From Octopus vulgaris (taxonomy: Eukaryota): a stretch of DNA of 64,000 bases. The stretch lies in assembly GCA_951406725.2 (NCBI GenBank), contig OX597833.1, forward strand, positions 20,708,001-20,772,000, written 5' to 3'. The notes under the pieces were generated by a model. It searched no databases and had not been told where the DNA came from. It worked only from the letters and a program-made list of their open reading frames with translations. Shown in pieces: positions 52,399 through 63,732 of this stretch (position 1 is the first letter of the stretch; each line of letters starts with the position of its first letter). The position numbers and the translations under genes were made by a program.

Positions 52399-53524
52399 CT
52401 GTGAGAAAAAAAGACAAGGAAATTGTATAAAGTTTAGATTAAACTTATGATATCTTGATGTTATTGCACAGAAATATAATTTATGTAGTTTTATTCACAG
52501 CTGCCTGGTTCAGTGGTTAGAGATGAAGGTGCTTGGCTCAGTGGTTAGAGCATCGGGCTTACGATCATGAGATAGTGAGTTCAATTCCTGGACCGGGCTG
52601 TGTGTTGAGTTTTTGAGCAAAACCCTTTATTTCATGTTGCTCCAGTACACTCAGCTGTAGAAATGAGTTGTGACATCACTGGTGCCAAGCTGTATTGGCC
52701 TTTGTCTTTCCATTAGATAATATCAGAGGTGTGGAGAGGAGAGGCTGGTATGCATGGGTGACTGCTGGTCTTCCATAAACAGCCTTGTCCGGACTTGTGC
52801 CTTGGAGGGGAACACTCTAGGTGCAATCCCATAGTCATTCATGACTGAAGTGGGTCTTTATTCACTGTCAAAATATATATTGTCCCATATTGTCCTATTC
52901 ACAGTTAAGTATTTTAGTTTGTCCTATTCTCTGTTTAATATTTTATTGCATATTACTCACTATTTCAATTCATTTTAAAAATACTTAAGAACATAGTAAA
53001 GTAATTTTGCCATTAGTAAGCTGGAGTTTAGGGCATAAATTAATGAAACTTTGATGAAAGGTTTTTAAATTAGTTCACTTTAAAACATAAAGTTTGTGTC
53101 ATAGGATTAGAGGTGGTCTCAGTTGGATTGGTATGAAAAGGGTTAAAACATTCTATTTATGGACCTATTCATAATTAAAACATTTTATTTATTGATCTGT
53201 TCAAGTATAGTATCATATTTTATTCAGTGCTGAAACGTTAGCACGCCAGGCGAAATGTGTAGCCGTATTTCGTCTGTCGTTACGTTCCGAGTTCAAATTC
53301 TGCTGAGGTCGACTTTGCCTTTCATCCTTTCGGGGTTGATAAATTAAGTACCAGTTATGCACTGGGGTCAATATAATCGACTTAATCCATTTGTCTGTCC
53401 TTGTTTGTCCCCTCTGTGTTTAGCCCCTTGTGGGTAGTAAAGAAATATATTAACCTATTCACTGTAAAAATATTTTATCATATCTCATCTTCTTTGCTCA
53501 GTTATTCCAGGGAAAGTCAAGAGG

Positions 53525-53990
53525 AAAGAGTCTTCAAGAATGCCTTCCATTGTGTCCTGTCATCTCCAATTCATCTGGCTGGATCTTCAAGCAAGTTCAG
53601 CCGAGCTCATGGATGTTATCCAACCATCTTGTTTGTGGTCTACCATTGGGTCTACTGCTGGTTGGTTTCACCCATAAAACCTGTCAAGCCATTCTTTCTC
53701 GTGACATTCTCATCACATATCCATAGTGTCAGAGTAGTGATCTCTCAATTCAGAGAAGTATTTGCTCTACCTGGAGTATTTCTCTAATTTCTAAGCTACA
53801 CACTCTATTGAGTAACATTACTTTAAAGATCTTTTGGGGAAACACCATCACAGCTGCTTGTCTTTGTGATCATATTCTTTCAGTCATTACTTAAGATTCA
53901 TAACAATAGGTAAGGTTAAGCAAAAATACCAAATTGAAGAGAATGGGTTCGGTTTTCACACTTACTTTCTGTCTTCTGATGACTGGTTAT
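53525..53990 (-). mobile_element. Degraded RTE LINE 3' fragment
   Basis: RPNGRPQTRWLDNI motif. Confidence 0.55.
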
Positions 53991-54030
53991 TCACTGTAAA
54001 AATATTTTTTGCTTATTGACTCAAGTAGAT

Positions 54031-54547
54031 ATTGTTTTGAGCTGAGTGGGGGTGCTAGGTTCCTTTGTTCGAAAATATAAGGACACAGATTGTGTGGTAT
54101 AGCCAGCTGGAGACAATGTCTCCTGGGGCTAAATTACAGCAACATTAGTCCTAAACCAGGACTGCCATGTTATGTTGGCACACAATCTTTACTACAAAGT
54201 ACTTTTGATGAATATCTCATGTTGTGAGATTTAAAAATAGAAATTTTCTAATTTATAAATCAGTGACTAGTTGTCACTTTGGAAACTATATATTTCAAAT
54301 GGGAATTTGGCAGCGCAATCTCTAGCCGAGCAATTATTCTGTGTTGATGAAGGGAAATATACCAGAAATCACAATACACAGATATTGTTTTGAGCTGAGT
54401 GGGGGTGTTAGGTTCCCTTGTTCGAAAATATAAGGACACAGATTGTGTGGTATAGCCAGCTGGAGACAATGTCTCCTGGGGCTAAATTACAGCAACATTA
54501 GTCCTAAACCAAGACTGCCATGTTATGTTGGCAAACAATCTTTATTA
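54031..54547 (+). mobile_element. Retrozyme/Penelope-like insertion: 353-bp unit in about 1.5 copies with a hammerhead-like motif
   Basis: Direct repeats 54027-54191 and 54380-54544; flanking direct repeat tcaagtagat at 54021-30 and 54548-57. Confidence 0.65.
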
Positions 54548-55882
54548 TCAAGTAGATCTGTCCTTTACAGCAGGAGGAGTGTTGATGTTACATCCCCACA
54601 ATGACTGACCTTTAAGAGCCTTGTGCCAGTGCCTTGTAAAAAGCACCTATGCTGGTGGCATGTAATAGCACTTGTACCAGTGCCATGTAAAAAGCACTCA
54701 GCACACTCTGTAAAATGGCTGGCATTAGGAAGGGCATCAAGCAGCAGAAACCAAGCCAAATCAAAGTTTTCCTGCTTGCCAGCTCTGATCATACCAACCC
54801 ACCCATGCCAGAATGGAAAATAAATATTTAATGATGACGATAATGATGATGATGACCTATTTACTATTAAAGCATCTATATTGATTATGTCTTTTTGATC
54901 ATCATCATCTACAACAGTACTATTATCATTATTATTCTCTAGATTGTTGGTAGTGAATATCAAAAATGGTAAAGAGTCACATTAGATAGTCTGAGCTATT
55001 TAGTTACATACTGTTATGTTTATAGATAAAACCCTGCTGGAATTAAATTGACTTTTCATACCTGAAAAAAGCTCACTAGAAATAAGATGTAGTCAGGCAT
55101 TGAGACCCTAGGGCCAAATTAGAGAATAATTACTATCAAGATTGTGAAGGCACATGGCCTAGTGGTTAGAGCAGAGGACTTGGGGTCGAGGGATTGCGGG
55201 TTCAAATCTCAGACCAGGTGATGTGTGTGTTTATGAGCGAAACATCCAAGCTCCACGCGGCTCTGGCAGAAGGTAATGGCAAACGTCTGCTGACTCTTTC
55301 GCAACAACTTTCTCTCACTCTTTCCTCCTGCATCTTGCAGCTCAACCTTCGATGGACCGGCATCCTGTCCAGGTGGGGAACCTATATGTCAAGGAAACCG
55401 GGAAACCAGCCCTTATGAGCCAGGCATGGCTTGAGAAGGAACAAACAACAACTATCAAGATTATTGATATGGTTATTATCACTATTGTTGGGATTGTGGT
55501 CATCATCACGACCACCACCAAGAATATTTGCATTCATTCTTATACATCACTGATTCAGTGAAGCTGTCCAAATGAAATTACAAAATAACAATTATCTTTG
55601 ATATCTGCTTGAGGAGGAAAAACGAAAAAAAGAGAGAAAAGAAACAGGTAACAGAGAGAGATTCTAAGTTGCTTGCCTTGTTAAAAATAGCAGCCAAATC
55701 TCACTCAAATTCTATCCTATCATCCTAACTTGCACACTGTAGTCCCTGATATACAGATGATAAAATTGATCACAGCTGGAACACTTGACTAACAAATGGG
55801 TTTGCTTGCTCAGGATTAACTTGGTGCAAAATAACAGCCGAATATAAAGGAAAATAGAAAAGGAAAAGTGAGATATATTTAC

Positions 55883-56153
55883 ATTGTAATTTATCCAAGA
55901 CATCGGCGGACCAATCAGCTTGTATAATGGACATGAGGATCTGGTCAAACCTGCTGCGGCTCTCAGGACCAACAATCCGGTCTCGGAACAAGCGACTCGC
56001 TTCATAAGCCCAGATTTCCAGAATGTGTTCGCTAGAGTTGCTGCTGGCTGTGTCACGGAGGTCATAGCGCAGAAGATTCAGAATCCATTGGGTGAGGTCG
56101 CATGGTGTGAAGAGGTAGTGACTATAGTCATCGACACTGAACTGCGCCTGAAG
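55883..56153 (-). CDS. DYNC2H1: DYNC2H1 exon: LQAQFSVDDYSHYLFTPCDLTQWILNLLRYDL...AYEASRLFRDRIVG...DWSADVLDKLQ
   Basis: tgtttag acceptor, gtaaat donor, 271 nt, phase 0 to 1. Confidence 0.92.
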
Positions 56154-56879
56154 CTAAACATCACAAAATGGCATTGGAAAGAGAAATTTCAAATTTAATT
56201 TTTAATTTGCGTATTTTGCAAATATTTTATTTCATTTAATCTAAATTCTTTTAGAGAATTTATTGATTTTTTTCACTCATGGGTCTCTCTTAGTAACTCA
56301 TTCTCTCTCTCTTTCACTAGCTCTTACTGTGTCTCTCAGCTGCTCTCATCTTCTCTCGTACATGTTCTTCCTATCTGTCTCTCTGTTTTTCTCTCTTCCT
56401 CTCTCACACACAAACACATGCTCATATTTTCAAACACAGACACACTCACACACGTCATACAGAATTAATACATTGTGTGTATCAGAGGATTTAGAATACA
56501 ATTTTCTTCCAACTACACATATAAGGCTGATATTATTTTTTCTTTTACTTGTTTCAGTCATTTGACTGCGGCCATTCTGGAGCTCTGCCTTGAAGGATTT
56601 TAGTCAAACAATTTGACACTAGGACTTATTATTTGTAAACTAGTCGCAGGAGTGGCTGTGTGGTAAGTAGCTTGCTTACCAACCACATGGTTCCGGGTTC
56701 AGTCCCACTGCATGGCACCTTGGATAAATGTCTTCTACTATAGCCTCGGGCTGACCAAAGCCTTGTGAGTGGATTTGGTAGACAGAAACTGAAAGAAGCC
56801 TGTCGTATATATGTATATTTATATGTGTGTGTGTGTGTGTCTGTGTTTGTCCCCCCAATATTGCTTGACAACTGATGCA

Positions 56880-58143
56880 AGCCCTACACCAACAGCAGTG
56901 GAAAGTGCAGTCTATGTGATATGGAAAGATGGCTCACCTGGAAAAGCAGCTTAGACCCCCCGCTACATGTCTGAATTCAAGAACTGAACTTTTCGGATCA
57001 TGTCCATATGTGGCCAAATATTTGTTACATTTTTGGTCCCCCCGAGACTACAGATAGAACTTGCTCTGTATTGTGTCCAAGCTTTTTATCTCTTTATACC
57101 TTTTACTTATATTTCTTATATATTTTTATTTATATTTTTTATACATATATTTCTTACATATTTATAGAGGTATTGATCTATAGGTTTATTGCTTATATAT
57201 TTTTTACACACAATTTTTCTGTATTCTACCTTCCACCCTGCATTTTTCACTGTGCATATATAAACGTGTATATGGAATCTTTAGTGCACACGTGTGTGCG
57301 GGTATGTGCATATATAGATGTGTGTGTGTGTGTGCGTGCATCCGAGTATGTGCGTATATAGACGTATTTTACTCAGTGTTTTTACACATTTCCCTGTTTT
57401 TTGCCTTTAGCTCTGTTTTTTCTTGTGTATGTGCGCATACAGACGTATGTATGATTCTTTTTGTGCGTGTGTGTGTGTATATAGACGTGTGCGGGTATGT
57501 GCATATATAGGCGTGTATGTGTGCGTATATAAGGGTATGTGCTTATATAGATGTGGTTCACTCTTTGTATACTCCCTTATGCCTTTTTTCTGTATTGTTA
57601 CCTTTAGCCCTGTTTTTTTCTCGTGCTTGTGCATATATAGACATGTGTATGAACCTTTATGGTGCGCGCGTGTGTGTGTGTGAGTTTGTATGTATATACA
57701 TATACATTTGGTGAATGGTGAGAGTGAAGATGTATACGTTTTCAAGTGAGGGTGGATGAATGTATAATTTTAGGCACACGCACGTGGATGTGCAGGCGCG
57801 CATGTGTAGGTAGGAACACATGCGTTTACGTGAATACTATGAACTTTCTTTTACTCTTTACTACTTACTTAGCGGTCATTCAAATAGCTCTTTTGTCTTA
57901 ATAACGGTCAATCACACAGTAATTTCCGTTTGTATAATAGTCAGTCATTTTCCATAGCACTTTTCCGATGGCCGGATAACTGAAGAGATGGTGGCGTGGA
58001 TTTCCACCTCAGCATCCGAAACTTGGAGTTTTATCATAGCTACCGAATAATTGTCACATATTACATTTACAGATAAATTCTTCTATTTACATAATATCGA
58101 GGTCTCTTTCTTTCTTTTGTTGTCTTACCATTTTTATCAATAT
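56880..58143 (+). mobile_element. Penelope-like element 3' fragment (endonuclease-end relic, simple-repeat 3' region, hammerhead)
   Basis: PYTNSSGKCSLCDMERW...(frameshift)ATCLNSRTELFGSCPYVAKYLL resembles the C..C..E...LN.R.EL...C.H..K.LL C-terminus of PLE GIY-YIG ORFs. Confidence 0.7.
57975..58035 (+). ncRNA. Type-I hammerhead ribozyme-like motif
   Basis: GATAA-CTGAAGA-GATG..CATC(C)-GAAA-CTTGGAG-TT-TTATC: stem I, both core boxes and a GUU site. Confidence 0.65.
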
Positions 58144-58184
58144 ATATATATGTATATATATATATGTATATATACATACATACG

Positions 58185-58215
<31 letters not shown>

Positions 58216-58392
58216 ATATATAGGAGAATTTGTTGCTGAAAATGCACCTGAATTTGCAAAACTTGTAACTGTTTTTAAATAAATTTATTTACATACATAC
58301 CAAACTAGTTCCAACAACTTTTTGCTTACCAATGGTAAAAATGTAAAATGTATGGCATTTAAAAAATTTTAAATTGCAAAGTAGAAAACCTG

Positions 58393-58540
58393 TTTAAATG
58401 TTCACAAAATTCAATAATATCAAAAATGATTGGTGGAAAATATAAAAAAATGTGGATCATCATGTTTAAATGATTAAATGTTCACAAAATTCAATAATGT
58501 TAGAAATGATTGGTGAAAAATATTATAAAAAATGTGGATT
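58393..58540. repeat. Local tandem duplication, period about 81 bp
   Basis: ttaaatgttcacaaaattcaataat...aatgattggtg.aaaa...aaatgtggat occurs twice. Confidence 0.85.
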
Positions 58541-59534
58541 GCCAAAAGTTCAGTCATACTGAGTTTAGAGAGAGAAAAAAATGGAAAAGAAGAATGTAAA
58601 GGAAAGGGGCTTTATTACAGTTCTGTGGTCCTTTTTTCCATTGCAAGCAGGAATCTATGTGTCTGTTAGTGCTTATGTTTGTCCCTTCAACAATTGCCTG
58701 ACAACTGATGTTGGTGTGTTTACATCTCCGTAACTTTGCGGTACAGCAAAAAGAGACCAATAGAAAAAGTACTAGGCTTACAAAGAATAGGTCTTGGCGT
58801 TAATTTCTTCAACCAAAACCATTTAAGGCAGTGCTCCATTATGGCCACAGTCTAATGACTGAAACAAGTAACAGAGTGTGTGTGTGTATATATATCATCA
58901 TCATCATCATCGTTTAACGTCCGCTTTCCATGCTAGCATGGGTTGGACGGTTCAACTGGGGTCTGGGGAGCCCGAAGGCTGCACCAGGCCAGTCAGATCT
59001 GGCAGTGTTTCTACAGCTGGATGCCCTTCCTAACGCCAACCACTCCGATATATTCTTTTACTTGTTTCAGTCATTTAACTGTGGCCATGCTGGAAAACCA
59101 CCTTTAGTCGAGCAAATCAACCCCCAAGACTTATTCTTTGTAAGCCTAGTACTTATTCTATCGGTCTTTTGCTGAAATGCTAAGTTACTGGGACGAAAAT
59201 ACACCAGCATCGGTTGTCAAGTGATGTTGGGGAGACAAACACATACACACAAACATACACACACACACACACACATATATACATATTTACGATGGGCTTC
59301 ATTCAGTTTCCATCTACCAAATCCACTCACAAGGCTTTGGTTGGCCCGAGGCTATAGTAGAAGACATCTGCCCAAGGTGCCACACAGTGGGAATGAACCC
59401 GGAACCATGTGGCTGATAAGCAAGCTACTTACCATACAGCCACTCCTGCACCTATGTACATATATAAAAAAATTTTTCCGTAATGAGATAAAAAACCAAG
59501 GCTGTGTAGATTTTAGAACATTTATAGGTAGAAG

Positions 59535-59582
59535 GTCTTACAGCTGTTTCCAGGATATTTATTATATCCCTTCATCGGAGAC
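59535..59582 (-). ncRNA. Type-I hammerhead ribozyme-like motif (core variant CCGAUGA)
   Basis: GTCT-CCGATGA-A-GGGATAT-aataa-ATATCCT-G-GAAA-CAGCTG-TA-AGAC. Confidence 0.6.
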
Positions 59583-61344
59583 GGTGTTAGGGGACGGTTA
59601 AGAAATAGCTAATTTAGATAAGATATAAAATAGAGAGTGAGGTGGAGGAAATAAAAGAAAATAGATGTGAGATATGTAGGGATATTGCATATCTATCTAT
59701 CTATCTATCTATATATATATATATGCAACAAGCTTTTTTCAGTTTCTGTCTACCAAATCCACTCACAAGGCTTTTGTTGGCATGAAACAATATTAGAAGA
59801 CACTTGCCCAAAACACCAGGCAATCAGATTGAACCTGAGACCATGTGATTGAGAAGTAAGTTTGTAACCACTAAACCATACCCGCACCTTAAGTGTGTGC
59901 ATGGGGAGTGCACATATGCGATTGTGTGTGAGTGCATGTGCATGTGTCTCACATGATGTAAGCAGTTCCACTGATCACAGAACTAGAACACTCAATCATT
60001 GAAACTGTCACAGGATCCATTATTGCATTTCATAATGGGTGGAGTTGGGTGGGTGGAAAGGGAAAGGGTGGGCTCGAAATCCTAAAAAAAATCAATGAGT
60101 TCCATTTGCCTATGGAGAAAGCTGAACCCAAGCAGTGATTCCAGTTCCTAGATTCCGCTTCACTTATGCTCTTAATGCTTGTAGGAAAGACATGAACGTT
60201 ACAACTTCCTGTTCTTCTCTCCCGCCTAAATATATTTGGGATTTTTACAGAGTTAGAAGAACTTAATATTGTAAAATCCTGAAATGGATGCAAGAGCAGC
60301 ATTCTTAATCCTTGGCGCTTTAGTGGATGTCGTCAGTGTGTGTATATGTGTGTTGTGTATGTGAGTGTGTGTGTGTGTATGTGCACATATGTATTTGTGT
60401 ATGAATATGAGTATGTCTGTGTGTGTACATGTGTGTGCGAGCATGCATGCATATGTTGCATGGGTTTGTATTGTGTGTGATTACGTGCGTTTTTGTATTA
60501 GTATATGTGTGTGTGTGTTGATGCTTGCATCAGTATATGTGCATGTGTGTGGTGTGCATGTGGTGTATGTGTGTGTGTATTTGCAGTTGCATATGTATGC
60601 ATGCTGTGTGTTTGTCTGTTGTGCATGTGTATGTATGTGTCTATGCTTATGCTTTGTGTGTGTGTGTCTCAGCATGTTTTTGTGTGTGTGTGTGTGTGTG
60701 TATGTGCATGCAAAAGGAAGATTCCAGATTTAAAATCAATAATTTTTTAGAATTTTCTTTAAAACAAGCAACTCTGACAGACATGAGGAAGGAAGGAAAA
60801 AAAAAAACTTCAGATTCTCAATTCTAATTCTTGTGGTACTGCATCCTGCTGGGAACGTGTTTGTGTGTGTGTGGATGGGTGTGTATGTATATGTAATAGT
60901 AAGATAGATTCCCATGTACTTTAAAGAATATTATACAAGATGGATAGGAGGAAAAACACACCCTCCCCCCACCAAAACCAAAAATTTAATAAATAAACCA
61001 ATAAAAAAAATGAAAATAAATTAGAAAAAAGCGAGATAAATAAAACACATTTTTTAAAAACATCTCTTCCCCAGTCAGAATCCTTTGATTTAGTTTAACA
61101 CCATTTTATTATGGAGATATGAAAATATTTTTACATATAGAACAACTTGGCAAAAATTATGGTCATTTTTTGTACTAATATAAAAATACCTTTAATTAAC
61201 TATGTTTTAACCACCACTTTTCCTAGTGGGCATGACTACTTTTCCTAGTGGCTGTGAGGTATCACTGCCTCCATGAGGCCCAATGCTCAAATTGTGCTTT
61301 TACCCCAACCCTAGCCTCCAAAACAAAAACGAAAGCAAACCTAC

Positions 61345-61489
61345 TTGTTCATAAAGTTGGACCATGGATCCAGCCAGGGAATGGATCTTACTTGGATTAC
61401 TCCAGATCGGATGACTTGGTAATCTTTGGTGTAATATTGAACTCAGATATGCCATGTAAACAGATTTCAGTTGTTCATGGTCTGGATAA
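61345..61489 (-). CDS. DYNC2H1: DYNC2H1 exon: (S)YPDHEQLKSVYMAYLSSILHQRLPSHPIWSNPSKIHSLAGSMVQLYEQ
   Basis: ttcctag acceptor, gtaggt donor, 145 nt, phase 2 to 0; not in the ORF track. Confidence 0.93.
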
Positions 61490-63580
61490 CTAGGAAAAGT
61501 GATACAAATGTGATTAATAATCTCAACATGACATACTTAGGGAGAGTAAAAACTTTAAAAAACATTGGATTTACACTGGTAGCCAATGATGCTATTTTGT
61601 TAGTAGAAGTAAAATATGGACTTTGTTGTGTGTTTGTGTGTGTATATATATAACAATTTGAAGCTCTAAGATACTGCATGAGTGGAAATATATATGAAAG
61701 AAGGTTTGAAAATGCAATTTTAAAGATGTTTATTCACTTGACCGGTTTCACTTTTTTAGAAAAAGATTATCAAAAGTAAAATGTAAAGCTTTGTATAAGC
61801 TTTGTTGTGTTAAGTACTGGTTGCTGTTAAAATACAAAAGTATTATAATATACATATACATTCTTTGATAATAATTATTATCAGAGAATGTATATATGTA
61901 TTTAAATACACATATAACATCCAAATGTGCATCTTTTTTCCTCTGATGATATCGTGCACATGTCACATAAATGTAAATTTAATGTTATTGAGTATTAATC
62001 GAAACAGCTGTAAGTGAAGATGACCAATTTGCTGTTAACAACAAACAATCATTAACACCATTTTCTTTTCTTCTTTTAAATGAATATAAACTATATGTTT
62101 CTATATATATACCTAATATTTTAAGGAAATTCATCCCACAAAAATATTAGGTATTGAACCAGTTTTTCTTTGGATGAAACCATCCCTTCATGTGGTTTAC
62201 ACATCTAAATCAAATTTATATCATCTGCCTACCTGCCTGCCTGCCTGCCTATCTATCTATCTATCTATATATATATATATATATATCAGCATCATCACCA
62301 TATACATATATATATACATACACTTGTGAAGACCTGTTGAGGCAAGTGAGAATCGAATCAAATCAAATCAAATCGAACCAAATCAAAATAGATGTACATC
62401 AATGGAATTTGTACCCTTGTGGTACCAGTGCCGGTGGCACATAAGAAAACCACCCGAACGTGACCGTAGCCAGTACCGCAATGACTGGCCTCCGTGCTGA
62501 GGGCACGTAACAAACACCATCCGAGCGTAGCCGTCCGCCAGCCTCGTCTGGCACCTGTGTCGGTGACACATAAGAAAACACCATCCGAGCGTGGCCGTCA
62601 GCCAGCCTCGTCTGGCACCTGTGTCGGTGGCACATAAAAAACACCATCCGAGCGTGGCCGTCTGCCAGCCTTGTCTGGCACCTGTGTCGGTGGCACATAA
62701 AATCACCCACTACACTCTCGGAGTGGTTGGCGTTAGGAAGGGCATCCAGCTGTAGAAACACTGCCAGATCTGACTGGCCTGGTGCAGCCTTTGGGCTTGC
62801 CAGACCCCAGTTGAACCGTCCAACCCATGCTAGCATGGAAAGCGGACGTTAAACGATGATGATGATGATGATGATGATGATGATATCATTTAACATCCAT
62901 CTTCCAAACATGCATGAGTAGGATGGTTCACAGGAGCTGGCCATGTAGAAAACTACCCTAGGCTACTGTGTCTGTTTTGCCCTTCCTAACACCAACCACT
63001 CTGCTGAGCAGACTCAATGCTTTCTATGCAGCACCAGCACAGGCGAGGGCAGTTTTGGTATGTTTTACAGCTGGATGCCTTTCCAAATGTCAGCCACTTT
63101 ACAGTGTGGACTGGATGCTTTTCATGTGGCACCAGCACTGGCAGAGTCATGAATGACTGTGGGATTGCACCTAGAAAGTTCCCTTCTGAGGCACAAGTCT
63201 GGGCAAGTTTGTTTCTGGAAGACCAGCAGTCACCCTTCCTTGCATACCAGACTACTTCTCCATGCTTCCAATGTTGTCCAGGGGAAAGGCAAAGGCCAAT
63301 ATAGCTTGGCACCAGTGACATTGCAACTCATTTATAACTGACTGAACTGGAGCAACATGAAATAAAATGCCTTGCTCAAGAACACAACATACAACCCAGT
63401 ATAGGATTTGAACTCACAACCTTATGATTGTAATCCTGATGCTTGAAATCATGGAGCCCTGCATCTTCACACACATACCCACACATGGATACATCAATGT
63501 ATGTGACAGGGGGAGAAAGAGAGAGGGGAGAGATAGGAGAGAGAGCAAAAGGGTGAAAGAGAGAAAGAGATGAAAGTTAC

Positions 63581-63732
63581 CTTATTGAACATATCCTGAC
63601 AATAGATGTAAACCGAGTTGACAATTTATGCCGACCAAGTGAGGTACCAGCATTCATGCTAGCCACGATCTGAACACTTTCAAGTCCGACCCACTCCAGG
63701 CTGGAGTTATAGAATCCTCCAAATGTGAATAT
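63581..63732 (-). CDS. DYNC2H1: DYNC2H1 exon (AAA3 end): IFTFGGFYNSSLEWVGLESVQIVASMNAGTSLGRHKLSTRFTSIVRICSI
   Basis: tttcag acceptor, gtaac donor, 152 nt, phase 0 to 2. Confidence 0.93.

Larger units (their letters stand above)
483..63732 (-). other. DYNC2H1: Cytoplasmic dynein-2 heavy chain gene, internal portion (18 coding exons in window; gene extends past both ends)
   Basis: Spliced exons give an open 1056-codon frame that is colinear with the vertebrate DYNC2H1 sequence as I recall it (e.g. LEWVGLE.VQIVASM..G..LGRHKL.TRFTSIVR; AGVSKLNEAK; [10 protein letters not shown]; WKSEGLPSDDL..ENA; LELAVRFGKTLIIQE; TIQHEKP.LE). All introns are GT-AG and phases are consistent. Confidence 0.96.

Noticed and set aside
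56148-56153. Alternative in-frame acceptor (tttag CTT CAG GCG)
   Set aside because: Possible, but the upstream AG preserves colinearity with the recalled homologue, and there is no evidence of use without RNA data.
62425-62715. CRISPR-like array (palindromic repeat plus spacers)
   Set aside because: The spacers are homologous to each other, the arrays sit in dispersed LINE 3' ends, there are no cas genes, and the context is a eukaryotic intron.
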